In this document: positions 22,342-32,572 of the stretch, piece after piece
How positions within the stretch are numbered: position 1 is the stretch's first letter
Layout: each line of letters begins with the position of its first letter
Origin: Oscillospiraceae bacterium
GTDB taxonomy: Bacteria; Bacillota; Clostridia; Oscillospirales; UBA929
NCBI GenBank assembly: GCA_009780275.1
Contig: WRAI01000004.1
Span: 21,212-85,211 of the forward strand
Direction: 5' to 3'
Length of the DNA: 64,000 nucleotides
Program-made: the position numbers and the translations under genes
Notes under the pieces: generated by a model
Told to the model about the DNA's origin: nothing
The model's input: only the letters and a program-made list of their open reading frames with translations
The model's database searches: none

Positions 22342-23595
22342 ATGACACGCATAGCCATTATGCCCGGTGTATATCTCACCGCCGTGCAAACCGAAAAATT
22401 CAAGAGCAGTTGTTTATCGGTGAATTTATTGCGCAATCTAAATGCACAAACGGCATCGCAGAACGCAATGCTGCCATCTATTTTGCGCCGCGGCACGCAA
22501 GACTATCCCAACATGGAGCAATACGCTGCACGACAAGATGAGCTGTATGGCGCCAAGATTACGCCGATGGTACGCAAAAAAGGCGAAGTACAGTGTATCG
22601 GCTTACAGGCCGATTTTGTTGACGGCACGTACACGCCCGATGGTGAGGCGCAATTACAAAATGTGTTGAGCTTACTGTGTGATACGCTGTTATTGCCCGT
22701 GCAGGACGGCAAAAAATTTCAAACCGATTATTTCGATAGCGAACAAAGCAATTTGGTTGACAAGATTGATGCGTTGATCAACAACAAAATCGGATATGCT
22801 CGTCACGCTGCAACCGCGTTGATGTGCAGTCATGAAGCGTACGGTATCCATAGCTTGGGGCAGCGTGATGTTGCATCCAATATAACAAATGAGCAATTAT
22901 ATCAAGCGTGGCAGGATGTACTGGCAACGTCGCAAATTGAAATTTTTTACTGCGGGACCGTGCCACGGGCGAGGATTGAGGGATTGCTGCGAAGAAAATT
23001 AGAAGCTTTGCCGCGCAGTGTACTTGAAATCACCAGTACGCAAATTGTGCCGGCGGCGCAGAAAACGCGGACGCATGAAGAGCGCATGGATGTGGGACAG
23101 GGTAATCTTGTACTGGGGTTTCGTACGCCGTTGGATGATTTTCCCGCTGCATTTATGGCAAACATGGTCTATGGTGGCAGCTTGACAGGAAAACTGTTTG
23201 TCAATGTGCGCGAAAGGTTGTCGCTGTGTTACTTTGCGCAGTCGGTGATTGATAAATGGAAGGGTATTATGTTTGTGCAGGCAGGTATTGACTTTGGGCA
23301 GTACGACAAGGCACTCAAAGAGATTTTGGAACAATGGAAAAAGTGCTGTGATGGCGATATTACACAAGATGAAATGACAGCGGCGTTTAATACCGTTGAA
23401 ACGTTGTACACGGCAGTTGAGGACAGCCCGTTTGAGCTTGAAGAATTTGCGCTGGGACAGGCTGTGGGTGGATTTAAGTACAGTGCGGGAGAATTTATTG
23501 AACTGTGCCGCGCTGTGACGGTTGAGCAGGTGGCGCAAGCGGCGCAAGGTATGTCGTTGGATACGGTTTATTTTTTGCGAGGTGATGGGTCATGA
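22342..23595 (+). CDS. M16 family peptidase-like protein (non-catalytic partner, no HxxEH)
   Basis: 417 aa pitrilysin-fold-like protein lacking the zinc motif; overlaps the start of the catalytic subunit gene (ATGA). Confidence 0.8.
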   Translation: MTRIAIMPGVYLTAVQTEKFKSSCLSVNLLRNLNAQTASQNAMLPSILRRGTQDYPNMEQYAARQDELYGAKITPMVRKKGEVQCIGLQADFVDGTYTPDGEAQLQNVLSLLCDTLLLPVQDGKKFQTDYFDSEQSNLVDKIDALINNKIGYARHAATALMCSHEAYGIHSLGQRDVASNITNEQLYQAWQDVLATSQIEIFYCGTVPRARIEGLLRRKLEALPRSVLEITSTQIVPAAQKTRTHEERMDVGQGNLVLGFRTPLDDFPAAFMANMVYGGSLTGKLFVNVRERLSLCYFAQSVIDKWKGIMFVQAGIDFGQYDKALKEILEQWKKCCDGDITQDEMTAAFNTVETLYTAVEDSPFELEEFALGQAVGGFKYSAGEFIELCRAVTVEQVAQAAQGMSLDTVYFLRGDGS

Positions 23596-24854
23596 TGAAT
23601 AACAAATTAAACCAAGCCATCCATCATCGTGTGTTGTCCAACGGGCTGAATGTGTATGTTCTGCCAAAGCCGGGATATCATAAGACGTTTGCGCTGTATG
23701 GTACGCATTATGGCGGCGTGGACGTGAATTTTACCGCCAACGGCGTGACGCATCATACGCCCTACGGGGTGGCGCACTTTTTGGAGCATAAGATGTTCGA
23801 TATGCCCGACGGGCAAAATGCACTGGAAACGCTGGCGGCAAACGGCGCCAACCCCAACGCTTATACGTCAGTCGATTTAACGGCCTATTTGATTGAATGT
23901 ACCTCGCGCTTTGCGGAGAATTTGACGGCGTTGCTCACCTTTGTTAACACGCCGTACTTTACGCCGGAAACGGTCGAGAAGGAAAAAGGCATTATCGGGC
24001 AAGAAATTAAGATGATTGAAGACCGCCCGCACAGCATGATTTTCTATAATATGCTGACGGGATTATATGCCGAACATCCCATCAGTGTGCCGATTGCGGG
24101 CACACAGGACTCGGTTGCAAAAATTACTGACGAAACACTGAATGCCTGTTATCAACACTTCTACAACCCCGCGCAGATGGCGTTGTGCGTGGCGGGTGAT
24201 GTTGATATTGACGAAGTTTGCCGCATTGCCGAGGCTGTGCCGGGCGGTGCGCCTGCGGTGGGCGATGTGGTGCGTGAATACGGCAATGAGAACCACGCCA
24301 AGGCAAAAATGTCTGTCTATCAAAAACACATGGCTGTAGGGTTGCCGCTGTTCATGTTGGGGTGCAAGTTGTCGCCATCAAGCTACGATAGCTTCTGCGC
24401 TGAACTGGAAAGTGATTTGGCGTGCGAGCTGATTGCAGGTAAGTCCAGCCCGTTATATGCACGGCTGTACGCCGAGGGGTTGATCAATGATAACTATCAG
24501 TATGGCTATTTCGGCTTTTCGGGCGGCGCGTGCGGGTTGTTTGGTGGTGAGAGCCGCGACCCTGCGGCGTTTCAAGCAGCGTTGCTGGATGAATGGCAAC
24601 GCGTGAAAAAAACGGGTGTAGACACTGCTCACTTTGTGCGGCTTAAACGTGCAGCATATGGACAATGGCTGCGGCAACTTGACGACAGTGAAGCATTGTG
24701 CCGCAATGCGATGAATGCGCATTTTAATAAGCGTGACGCCTTTACGTTTCCCGAAATTTTTGAGAATATGACAATTGAGGCTGTGATGGCGCGGTTGGAT
24801 ACAATGTTATCGGCTGAGCGGATGTGTTTGTCGCGGATTGACCCTGCGGGGTAG
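23592..24854 (+). CDS. M16 family zinc peptidase (catalytic subunit)
   Basis: Inverted zinc motif HFLEH (GVAHFLEHKMF) and a downstream Glu region. Confidence 0.9.
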   Translation: MMNNKLNQAIHHRVLSNGLNVYVLPKPGYHKTFALYGTHYGGVDVNFTANGVTHHTPYGVAHFLEHKMFDMPDGQNALETLAANGANPNAYTSVDLTAYLIECTSRFAENLTALLTFVNTPYFTPETVEKEKGIIGQEIKMIEDRPHSMIFYNMLTGLYAEHPISVPIAGTQDSVAKITDETLNACYQHFYNPAQMALCVAGDVDIDEVCRIAEAVPGGAPAVGDVVREYGNENHAKAKMSVYQKHMAVGLPLFMLGCKLSPSSYDSFCAELESDLACELIAGKSSPLYARLYAEGLINDNYQYGYFGFSGGACGLFGGESRDPAAFQAALLDEWQRVKKTGVDTAHFVRLKRAAYGQWLRQLDDSEALCRNAMNAHFNKRDAFTFPEIFENMTIEAVMARLDTMLSAERMCLSRIDPAG

Positions 24855-24917
24855 GTATAACTTCCCAACTCTGCGGGACTATCGACTTTTGCCAACAAGC
24901 GAAATGTCAAAAGTCCG

Positions 24918-25013
24918 CCACCTCCTTGTCGAAAGGGGGGTGGGATTTGCATTGCGTTCTTTGCCCCCTTCTTTGAAAGGGGGTGCCCTGTAAGGGGCGG
25001 GGGGTGCTCCCCT
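24918..25013. repeat. three tandem GC-rich hairpin units (REP-like intergenic element)
   Basis: CCACCTCC-ttgtcgaaa-GGGGGTGG (24918-24943). CCCCCTT-ctttga-AAGGGGG (24964-24983). AGGGG-11 nt-CCCCT (24993-25013). Units 1 and 2 are direct near-repeats. Confidence 0.5.
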
Positions 25014-25050
25014 ATATACATAAAAAACAATAAGAAAGAAGGTACAAACA

Positions 25051-26175
25051 ATGCCACCAATTCGTTTTCCCGGCTTTGGATTCCAAGTTGAAATCGAGCG
25101 CGCCGTGACTGAGCGGTTGCCTGTTCAGTGGTACGGCGTACTTATCACACTGGGTGTGGTGCTTGCGCTGTTGTATTGTATGAAACGCGCACCAAAGATG
25201 AGCATCAAGCAAGAGCAGTTGCTCGACATGATGTTTTTTGTGTTGCCGGCTGCGATTATTGCTTCGCGGCTCTATTTTGTGGCGTTTAACTGGGATGCGA
25301 CGACACGCGGTGCTGAGGGGTTCTGGGAAACGCTAGGCAGCGTTTTTGCCGTATGGGATGGTGGAGTTGCTATCTACGGCGCGATATTTGGTGCGGTATT
25401 GACGGCATGGATTTTTTGTCGTGTGCGCAAAATTGACACGTTGGCCATGTTTGACCTCGGCGTGCTCGGATTGTTGATCGGGCAGGCTGTAGGGCGTTGG
25501 GGCAATTTTATTAATCAAGAAGTCTACGGCATTGAAACGGCTTTGCCGTGGCGTATGGGTATCATGCAAGCTGATGGGGCGTACAGCTATGTGCATCCGC
25601 TGTTCTTATATGAATCATTGTGGTGTATTTTAGGGCTGATTGTGCTGCACGTGTTGTCCAAAAAGCGTACGCGCAATGGGCAAGTATTTATGATGTACTT
25701 GGTGTGGTATGGCGCAGGTCGTGCGGTATTTGAAACGATGCGTGCGCCGAGCTATGTGCTGTTTGTCGGTGGCGTGAATACCAGCTTGGCGGTTGCGATT
25801 GGTATGGCGGCGATTGGTGTGATTGGTATGTTGCTATTGTTGCGGACGCCGGCGGCGGTTGCCGCATCTGTCGTGGCTGACTCACCATGTGATGAGGATA
25901 GTGCGCCTTGCGATGATGAGGCAATTGCCGAGCCTGTTGAAAAGGATATTGTTTCCACTGCCTCGCAAACCGATGCGTCTGACGATGACATGCCGCAAGT
26001 TGATGTGTCAGTGAATGAAACTGCAGACGAAGATGATGTTGCGTTTATCGAAGTCGATGTTGAGGAGGTTGCCGCTGAGATGGCTGAGTCTATGCCCGAA
26101 GCGCATGAGTTGGTTGATATCAATGACCTGCCCGATGTGTTGGAAATTGACGATAATGATGACAGTGAGGAATAA
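25051..26175 (+). CDS. lgt: prolipoprotein diacylglyceryl transferase with an acidic C-terminal extension
   Basis: Lgt signatures GGVAIYGAIFG and GRWGNFINQE. About 100 extra C-terminal residues very rich in D/E. Confidence 0.92.
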   Translation: MPPIRFPGFGFQVEIERAVTERLPVQWYGVLITLGVVLALLYCMKRAPKMSIKQEQLLDMMFFVLPAAIIASRLYFVAFNWDATTRGAEGFWETLGSVFAVWDGGVAIYGAIFGAVLTAWIFCRVRKIDTLAMFDLGVLGLLIGQAVGRWGNFINQEVYGIETALPWRMGIMQADGAYSYVHPLFLYESLWCILGLIVLHVLSKKRTRNGQVFMMYLVWYGAGRAVFETMRAPSYVLFVGGVNTSLAVAIGMAAIGVIGMLLLLRTPAAVAASVVADSPCDEDSAPCDDEAIAEPVEKDIVSTASQTDASDDDMPQVDVSVNETADEDDVAFIEVDVEEVAAEMAESMPEAHELVDINDLPDVLEIDDNDDSEE

Positions 26176-26178
26176 TTA

Positions 26179-27012
26179 ATGGCGATATTACTGGACGGGA
26201 AGGCGATTGCTGCTAAACATAAGAAAGAAATTGCCAAAATAGTTGGCGGTATGGCACGTAAGCCGGGGCTTGCTATTGTGCTTGTCGGCGACGACCCCGC
26301 GTCGCAAGTGTACGTTAAATGGAAGATTCGCGACTGCGAAGAGTGCGGCATTACGCCGCATGCGCACTATTTGCCTGCCGCAACGACAACCGAAGAATTG
26401 CTGGCATTGATTGCTAAGCTCAATGCCGACAGTGCTGTTGACGGCATTTTGTGCCAGTTGCCGTTGCCGAAACATATTGATGAGGCGGCAGTGCTGCAAG
26501 CCATTGATCCGCGAAAAGATGTCGATTGTTTCCACCCCGAAAATGTTGGACTGTTTATGATTGGCAGGCCGCGCTTTTGGCCGGGCACGCCGGCGGGCGT
26601 GATGTTGCTGCTGGAAGAGTACGGTATTGATATTGCCGGCAAAGAGTGTGTTGTGGTCGGGCGGAGCAACATTGTGGGCAAGCCGCAGGCCATGTTGTTG
26701 CTGCAAAAGCACGGCACGGTGACAGTGGCGCACTCGCGTACCAAAGACCTTGCTGAGGTGACGCGCCGTGCCGATATTTTGGTCGCGGCTGTCGGTGTAT
26801 TGCACTTGATTACTGCCGACATGGTCAAGCCGGGGGCGGTAGTAATTGATGTGGGCATGAATAAAACTTCTGACGGCAAGCTGGCAGGCGATGTGGATTT
26901 TGAAGGCGTGGAGAAAGTGGCAAGCTATATCACGCCTGTACCCGGCGGCGTTGGGCCCATGACGCGGGTGATGTTGATGAAGCATACGTTGGCCGCCGCA
27001 GGCAGGTTGTAA
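26179..27012 (+). CDS. folD: bifunctional methylene-THF dehydrogenase / methenyl-THF cyclohydrolase
   Basis: 277 aa; ..VGDDPASQVYV..K.. and ..GRSNIVGKP..PGGVGPMT.. motifs. Confidence 0.96.
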   Translation: MAILLDGKAIAAKHKKEIAKIVGGMARKPGLAIVLVGDDPASQVYVKWKIRDCEECGITPHAHYLPAATTTEELLALIAKLNADSAVDGILCQLPLPKHIDEAAVLQAIDPRKDVDCFHPENVGLFMIGRPRFWPGTPAGVMLLLEEYGIDIAGKECVVVGRSNIVGKPQAMLLLQKHGTVTVAHSRTKDLAEVTRRADILVAAVGVLHLITADMVKPGAVVIDVGMNKTSDGKLAGDVDFEGVEKVASYITPVPGGVGPMTRVMLMKHTLAAAGRL

Positions 27013-27065
27013 TTAATAATGCAGAAACGGGGACGGGGGGAGCCCTACATATAAAGGAGCCATCC

Positions 27066-28610
27066 ATGAAGAAAATTATGATTATTCTTGCAGCGACTGT
27101 GGTGTGTGCGTTTGGACTTGCGGTGGGCATTGTGTTTTTTGTGGTGCAAGAGGATATGCCGGAAGGCGCGGTACATACAACACGGCCGCCGGAAGTTTTG
27201 CCGAGAGGCGGCGAAGCAGAGGCAGAGCTTTTTTTGCGGCAGTTTGTGACGATGTTTTCGGTGTATGACGGCTTTTATGATATGGATAGCGGCGCGTTTT
27301 ATGCCAGAACGCACGGTTATTGGGCCTATGTTGACGAGTTGACGCAACCGCCGTTGTATTTTACCGGTGGTCGCTTTGGCGGTGAGCATTTTGAGAGTAG
27401 CACTTGGAGCGAAGAAGATGTTATCGTATTCGACCGTGACGGTGAGCTGATTACCGATGGGATATTTCTGCGAACATTTGAGTATTCGTGGTCGTGGGAC
27501 GGCGATGATGAAGTGCATACGGTTGAATATGACGGCAGCGCAAGTAATTTTTTCCTTTTCGACCTCGATGATAGCGATGAGCCGGTGATTGTTGTGATGT
27601 TTCTAGCGGTAGGAAGTTCTCATATGTTCTCGGTGGTGTATCAGTTTATTGACGGCGAGTATCGCGAGGTGTTTGAGGGCGGGCATTTGAATTTCTTTAA
27701 TGACAATCAGGGCAATTTGATTTTGCGTGATAACGGACCATCGCACCATTGGTGGGGGGGTGGCACATATTATTATGTGACAATGACAGATGAGGGCATG
27801 GATTTTGCTTCTGCGGCGCATTTGATGGCGTATTTTCCTGCGTTTCCGCAACACGATGAAGACTATTTTGATGACGACCTTCTTGTGGCAATTTACGAAC
27901 TTCGTATGGACGAATTGGCAGAAGAAATCACCAAAAACATCCTTGCATATTTTGCAAGTTTACCGTCAACGGTAGAGATTATTTTGCCGCCTTGGACGGT
28001 GTGGGACGGTACGGAGGCATCGGCTGTGGCGAAGATTGAGGCGTTTGTGCGGCGGTTGGTGACAGTGCAGGCGTTTTCCGACTATTTTGGGGTGTATAAT
28101 CAGGATACAGAAACATTCCATGCGGTGAGATGGGATACGCCATCTGAGTTTGTGTTGCCGTCGCGATCGCCGTTATTTTTTCACAGCAATCAGATGGTAG
28201 GTTCTTTGTTAACCCGAGATGGGGAGTGGCGCAATATGCCGTCAACAATTCTGCATTTGCACCCCAGAGATTTGGGGCAAACGGAATGGGATCAACGGCA
28301 GGTGTGGACGCTGTGGGCGATGGATTTTAACATAATTGATTTTGATGGCAACGGGTTTCCCGATGTCTTGGTGTATTACGACAGCCCGTGGGGCGATGAT
28401 GTTGGTTTCCATCGATTGTATCGTTGGAATAAAGGGCCGTTCGACCTTGACATCGATTTATACTTTGAATGGGCGCAAGGCGAAAGCGACCCATTTGAGC
28501 AATCGGCAGGTGGGGTGCGGGAAGATTTGCGATGGCAGATTATTACACGCCTTCGCGCAGAGTTTGACGCGCTACCGCCATCGGCGGTGACTATTACATT
28601 ACCACAATAG
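27066..28610 (+). CDS. membrane-anchored hypothetical protein
   Basis: N-terminal anchor MKKIMIILAATVVCAFGLAVGIVFF. Motifs FDLDDSDEPVIVV and IIDFDGNGFPDVLV related to the protein at 13911..14630. Confidence 0.5.
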   Translation: MKKIMIILAATVVCAFGLAVGIVFFVVQEDMPEGAVHTTRPPEVLPRGGEAEAELFLRQFVTMFSVYDGFYDMDSGAFYARTHGYWAYVDELTQPPLYFTGGRFGGEHFESSTWSEEDVIVFDRDGELITDGIFLRTFEYSWSWDGDDEVHTVEYDGSASNFFLFDLDDSDEPVIVVMFLAVGSSHMFSVVYQFIDGEYREVFEGGHLNFFNDNQGNLILRDNGPSHHWWGGGTYYYVTMTDEGMDFASAAHLMAYFPAFPQHDEDYFDDDLLVAIYELRMDELAEEITKNILAYFASLPSTVEIILPPWTVWDGTEASAVAKIEAFVRRLVTVQAFSDYFGVYNQDTETFHAVRWDTPSEFVLPSRSPLFFHSNQMVGSLLTRDGEWRNMPSTILHLHPRDLGQTEWDQRQVWTLWAMDFNIIDFDGNGFPDVLVYYDSPWGDDVGFHRLYRWNKGPFDLDIDLYFEWAQGESDPFEQSAGGVREDLRWQIITRLRAEFDALPPSAVTITLPQ

Positions 28611-28631
28611 GCGTACAAAGGAGAAAATATC

Positions 28632-30284
28632 ATGAGAACCGACATCGAAATCGCTCGCAGTTGTACCATGCAGCCCATTACGAAAATCGCCGAAAAGGTT
28701 GGCTTGACGGCTGATGAGTTGGAGTGTTACGGCAAGTACAAGGCCAAAGTGCGCGCCGCAGAACGCAAACCCAAAGGCAAACTGATTTTGGTCAGTGCCA
28801 TTACGCCGACGCCTGCGGGTGAGGGCAAGACGACGACGAGCGTCGGGCTTGCCGACGGGCTGTCGCAGTTGGGGCTGAATACGTCGCTGTGCTTGCGAGA
28901 GCCGTCGCTCGGGCCTGTTTTCGGCGTCAAAGGCGGTGCGGCGGGCGGCGGCATGGCGCAGGTCGTGCCGATGGAGGACATCAACTTACACTTCACGGGT
29001 GATATTCATGCCGTTACGGCAGCGAATAATTTGCTCGCCGCGTTGTTGGACAACCATATCCATCACGGCAACGCGTTGGATATTGATGTGCGTGCAATTA
29101 GTTGGAAACGTTGCCTTGACATGAATGACCGCGCTTTGCGTGACTGCGTTGTAGGGCTCGGTGGCAAGCCCAATGGATTCCCGCGGCAGGATAAGTTTGA
29201 GATTAGCGTTGCCAGCGAGGTCATGGCGATTCTGTGCCTTGCCACTGATATGGCTGACTTGAAAGAGCGGCTGGGGCGCATTGTTGTGGCATACAATCGC
29301 GCCGGTGAACCTGTCACGGCCGGCGACTTGCGTGCGCAGGGTAGCATGGCGGCGTTGTTGCGTGATGCCATTTTGCCGAATTTGGTGCAGACGATGGAAC
29401 ATACGCCTGCGTTTATCCACGGCGGACCGTTTGCCAACATCGCGCATGGTTGTAACAGCGTGTCGGCGACGAAGTTGGCGTTATCGTTGACCGATTATGT
29501 CGTCACCGAAGCGGGGTTTGGCGCTGATTTGGGCGCTGAGAAGTTTATCGATATCAAGTGCCGTTCGGCGGGCATTGCGCCGTCCGTTTGCGTGATTGTT
29601 GCCACAATGCGGGCGTTGAAGTTCCACGGCGGGGTCGAGAAAAAAGACATTGGGCAGCCCAACGTCGATGCCTTGGTTAGAGGACTTGATAACCTTTGGC
29701 GGCATTACGATAACGTCACGCAAAAGCTTGGTGTGCCTGCGGTTGTGGCGATCAATCGTTTCGGCAATGACAGCCAAGAAGAGATTGCCGCATTGCTCGA
29801 CGCATGCGCAGAGCGTGGTGTTCCCGTGGCACTCGCCGAGGGTCACGCGCAGGGCGGCAAGGGCATGATGGCGTTGGCGCAAACCGTCATTGACGTGATG
29901 GACAAGCCGACTTGCGGGTTTGTGTATGACTTAAAATTGCCGTTGAAAGATAAAGTCATCGCTCTGACTGAGGGTTACTACGGTGCGGCAAGCACGGCAT
30001 TCATGCCTGCCGCTGAAAAAGAGTTGGCACGGCTGCAAGAGCAAGGTTTTGGTGATTTGCCCGTCTGCATTGCCAAGACGCAGTATTCTTTTTCCGATAC
30101 ACCAACATTGCGCAATGCGCCGAGCGGCTTTGCCATGACGGTACGTGGTGTAAAATTGTCGGCAGGCGCCGGCTTCGTTGTCGTAATGACAGGCGATATG
30201 ATTACCATGCCGGGATTGCCGAAAGTGCCGTCGGCGGAAATGATTGATGTGAGTGGCGGCGGAGAGATTGCGGGGTTGTTCTAG
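28632..30284 (+). CDS. fhs: formate--tetrahydrofolate ligase
   Basis: 550 aa; [14 protein letters not shown] nucleotide-binding loop; full-length FTHFS-like sequence. Confidence 0.97.
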   Translation: MRTDIEIARSCTMQPITKIAEKVGLTADELECYGKYKAKVRAAERKPKGKLILVSAITPTPAGEGKTTTSVGLADGLSQLGLNTSLCLREPSLGPVFGVKGGAAGGGMAQVVPMEDINLHFTGDIHAVTAANNLLAALLDNHIHHGNALDIDVRAISWKRCLDMNDRALRDCVVGLGGKPNGFPRQDKFEISVASEVMAILCLATDMADLKERLGRIVVAYNRAGEPVTAGDLRAQGSMAALLRDAILPNLVQTMEHTPAFIHGGPFANIAHGCNSVSATKLALSLTDYVVTEAGFGADLGAEKFIDIKCRSAGIAPSVCVIVATMRALKFHGGVEKKDIGQPNVDALVRGLDNLWRHYDNVTQKLGVPAVVAINRFGNDSQEEIAALLDACAERGVPVALAEGHAQGGKGMMALAQTVIDVMDKPTCGFVYDLKLPLKDKVIALTEGYYGAASTAFMPAAEKELARLQEQGFGDLPVCIAKTQYSFSDTPTLRNAPSGFAMTVRGVKLSAGAGFVVVMTGDMITMPGLPKVPSAEMIDVSGGGEIAGLF

Positions 30285-30310
30285 TCTGTCGCGCCTCGTG
30301 CACGGCCGCC

Positions 30311-31693
30311 CTATCGCCACCAATCCCCCAACCACCCCAGCGTGCCATATATCTGTAATGAAATTGCCAATACAAACAACACCATGTCAGCAATGCGTGG
30401 TGCTGTTTTTTTGCGCGCGAGGATGAGCAATACCAAAAACGGTATGGCGTCTGCGAAATATCGTACGCCAAAATGCCAGCCGCCGTTGGATGTGTGGAAA
30501 AGAAAGAGGAGCATTTGGAGTGTGGAGAGCCCCAGTACCATCCAAAAAAATCCACGCTCTCGCTCTATCCCGTGTTCTCTATCCTCTATCTTCTGTTTGC
30601 GCACCAGCGCAAATACTGACGCATACGCTGCAATAAAAATCGGATTTGCCAGTGGGAAGAAGAAGCCGTCAAACGCCGGAAAGATAAGTTGTCCGCCTTC
30701 AATGTTGGGCAGACGCAATACAGCAGCCAAATTGCTGGCAGCTTGATTGTTGCCCGAAATGAAAGCATATCGCCAGCTAAATTGCCCATACGGCGCGTTG
30801 AGCATCTCAGGCAGGAAATTATGACCAAACTCCAACGGATTGCCAAAACGCGCAAAATTCAATGACATCAACGCAATGGCGACGACGGCAACAGGGATAA
30901 TGCAATATACAAATATTTTGTGGGGAATACGCCCCTGTGCGCTCGGCACATCATTATGGTCGCTCGCGTATTGTTTGCAGTTTCGCCACAGCCACCACAC
31001 CAACAACGGCAGATAAATTGCTTGAAACGGTCGACAACCTACCGCCAACGCCCAAAATAAAAACGCCGATGGCCAAAGTTTTGGCTTGGGCGAATCAATT
31101 GCCCACAGTGCCAGACAACAGAACATGAATGCCATATTTTGCGCCAAATACCATATGCCGCCGTGGACAGTGATAGGCAGAAAATTGCTGCCGAATGCGG
31201 CGAAAAATGCCCAAAATATTGCCGCGCGTTCATTCATATGCCGCATTAAAAAAAGCGCGAGGAAAACCGCGCCTGTGAGCAAATATAATAGACCGATAAC
31301 CCGGTCAGGCTGGTGTAAACCGAAGATGGGATAGAGCAAAAAGTGCGTGGCGGTTGGCACGGGTGGGAAACTGTTGAAATATTGCCCGTTGAAGCGTGCA
31401 AGCTCCAGACCGTAGAAGTCTTGACAGCGATGATAAAGGTGTTGTTGGCAACTGTCGCAGAGTTGACCCAAATCTAAGTGACCTTGCCACCAACGCTCGG
31501 CTTGTAAAGAATAGGTGTTAAACGGAGTGGGCGCTAAAAGTGCCGTTGTATGCCAGTGGTCGCGTCGTACAGTGTTGTCGACGACGGTTGTCAATATGCT
31601 GAAAAAAGCAAACGTCAGCACGGTTGCGATGGCTAACTTTGCGCCTCTTTGCAGAGTGCGGCGATCTCGGCACGCCGCGATTTCGGCGCTCAT
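30311..31693 (-). CDS. polytopic membrane protein, GT-C-like glycosyltransferase candidate
   Basis: 460 aa with 10 or more hydrophobic segments. The first periplasmic-type loop ..DFYGLELARFNGQYFNSFPPVPT.. is reminiscent of ArnT/PMT-like GT-C enzymes. ATGA overlap with the upstream PAS gene. Confidence 0.4.
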   Translation of the reverse strand: MSAEIAACRDRRTLQRGAKLAIATVLTFAFFSILTTVVDNTVRRDHWHTTALLAPTPFNTYSLQAERWWQGHLDLGQLCDSCQQHLYHRCQDFYGLELARFNGQYFNSFPPVPTATHFLLYPIFGLHQPDRVIGLLYLLTGAVFLALFLMRHMNERAAIFWAFFAAFGSNFLPITVHGGIWYLAQNMAFMFCCLALWAIDSPKPKLWPSAFLFWALAVGCRPFQAIYLPLLVWWLWRNCKQYASDHNDVPSAQGRIPHKIFVYCIIPVAVVAIALMSLNFARFGNPLEFGHNFLPEMLNAPYGQFSWRYAFISGNNQAASNLAAVLRLPNIEGGQLIFPAFDGFFFPLANPIFIAAYASVFALVRKQKIEDREHGIERERGFFWMVLGLSTLQMLLFLFHTSNGGWHFGVRYFADAIPFLVLLILARKKTAPRIADMVLFVLAISLQIYGTLGWLGDWWR

Positions 31694-32568
31694 CTGCGCG
31701 TGCCGCCACGGCTTTCTCGCAATGGGTCTATGTTGCGCCGCGCGGTGGGTAGTGTGCGGTTTTCTAATGTTGTGCAGACCAATGCGATATTGTCAGGCGC
31801 CGGTACGCGGCGTGAATGCTCGCCAATGGTGAGTATTGCGTCATCGTTGCCGCGGATGCGGTACGACCAGACGGTGATGTCAGCGTCCGGATTACTTAAG
31901 CGCGCGCGTCCGCCTTTTAGTTCAGGCAGATCATCCTGGTGTACCAGTTTGAGCCATTCATCCATATAAATGGGCGCACTGAGACCCCATTTTTCAATGT
32001 TTTCCGATGCATAATTGACAACACCAGATTCGGCATCCCACAGCAAAACCGCCCGCGGGCCTTGTTCAATAGCCCATGTCAGTGCGGCAAAGCGTGCCCG
32101 TTCCCACAGCAGACGTTCATCGTGTTCGTCAAGGTTGTGATGGCATTTTGCTGTAGGTCGGAGATTTTCGGCAGGAGCAGGGGCAGCTAATAGTGGCAAA
32201 GCGCTGTCCATTGCCGCGATTTCTTTGAGCATTTGTCGCCACGGATGTACCAATGGCGTGAGGTGCAATACAAAAAGTGCCAGCGCGTCGCTGTCGCTAA
32301 TGTCATTTAATGGCAATGGCACCCATGTGCCTTGCAGACGTACACGGGGTTGGTCAGTAATTTCGACAATGGCCACGGCATCAAACAACGGCGGGTCAAC
32401 GACATCGGGGCGGCAGGAAATTGACCAACGGCCCATGGCGTCAAGCGTTGTCACACTTAATGTTTCAAGTGCCGTTGCGTTGGCATAAACAGGACGGCCG
32501 CTGGTGACGTGTAGGGCGACAATGCCGTACGGCAAGGCTTGCAGTTGTTCAACGGAAGTGGCGGGCAT
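31690..32568 (-). CDS. soluble protein with two PAS-like modules and no output domain
   Basis: ATG 32568 preceded by GGAGG. ..LPYGIVALHVTSGRPVYANATALETL.. and ..VLLWDAESGVVNYASENIEKWGL..WLKLVHQDDL.. fit PAS N-cap/core patterns. Confidence 0.5.
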   Translation of the reverse strand: MPATSVEQLQALPYGIVALHVTSGRPVYANATALETLSVTTLDAMGRWSISCRPDVVDPPLFDAVAIVEITDQPRVRLQGTWVPLPLNDISDSDALALFVLHLTPLVHPWRQMLKEIAAMDSALPLLAAPAPAENLRPTAKCHHNLDEHDERLLWERARFAALTWAIEQGPRAVLLWDAESGVVNYASENIEKWGLSAPIYMDEWLKLVHQDDLPELKGGRARLSNPDADITVWSYRIRGNDDAILTIGEHSRRVPAPDNIALVCTTLENRTLPTARRNIDPLRESRGGTRR

Positions 32569-32572
32569 GGCG

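Noticed and set aside
22999-23547. 182-aa ORF antisense to the first M16 gene
   Set aside because: It is a shadow ORF inside a supported CDS, with no RBS or motif.
25752-26351. 199-aa Ser/Thr/Ala-rich ORF antisense to the lgt tail and folD start
   Set aside because: It is the mirror image of the acidic low-complexity Lgt tail (GAx codons read as xTC/Ser on the other strand). It also crosses a gene boundary.
26188-26985. 265-aa ORF antisense to folD
   Set aside because: It lies entirely inside the strongly supported folD frame on the opposite strand. Its composition is Arg/His/Gln-rich and junk-like, with no RBS. This is a typical shadow ORF of a GC-rich coding region.
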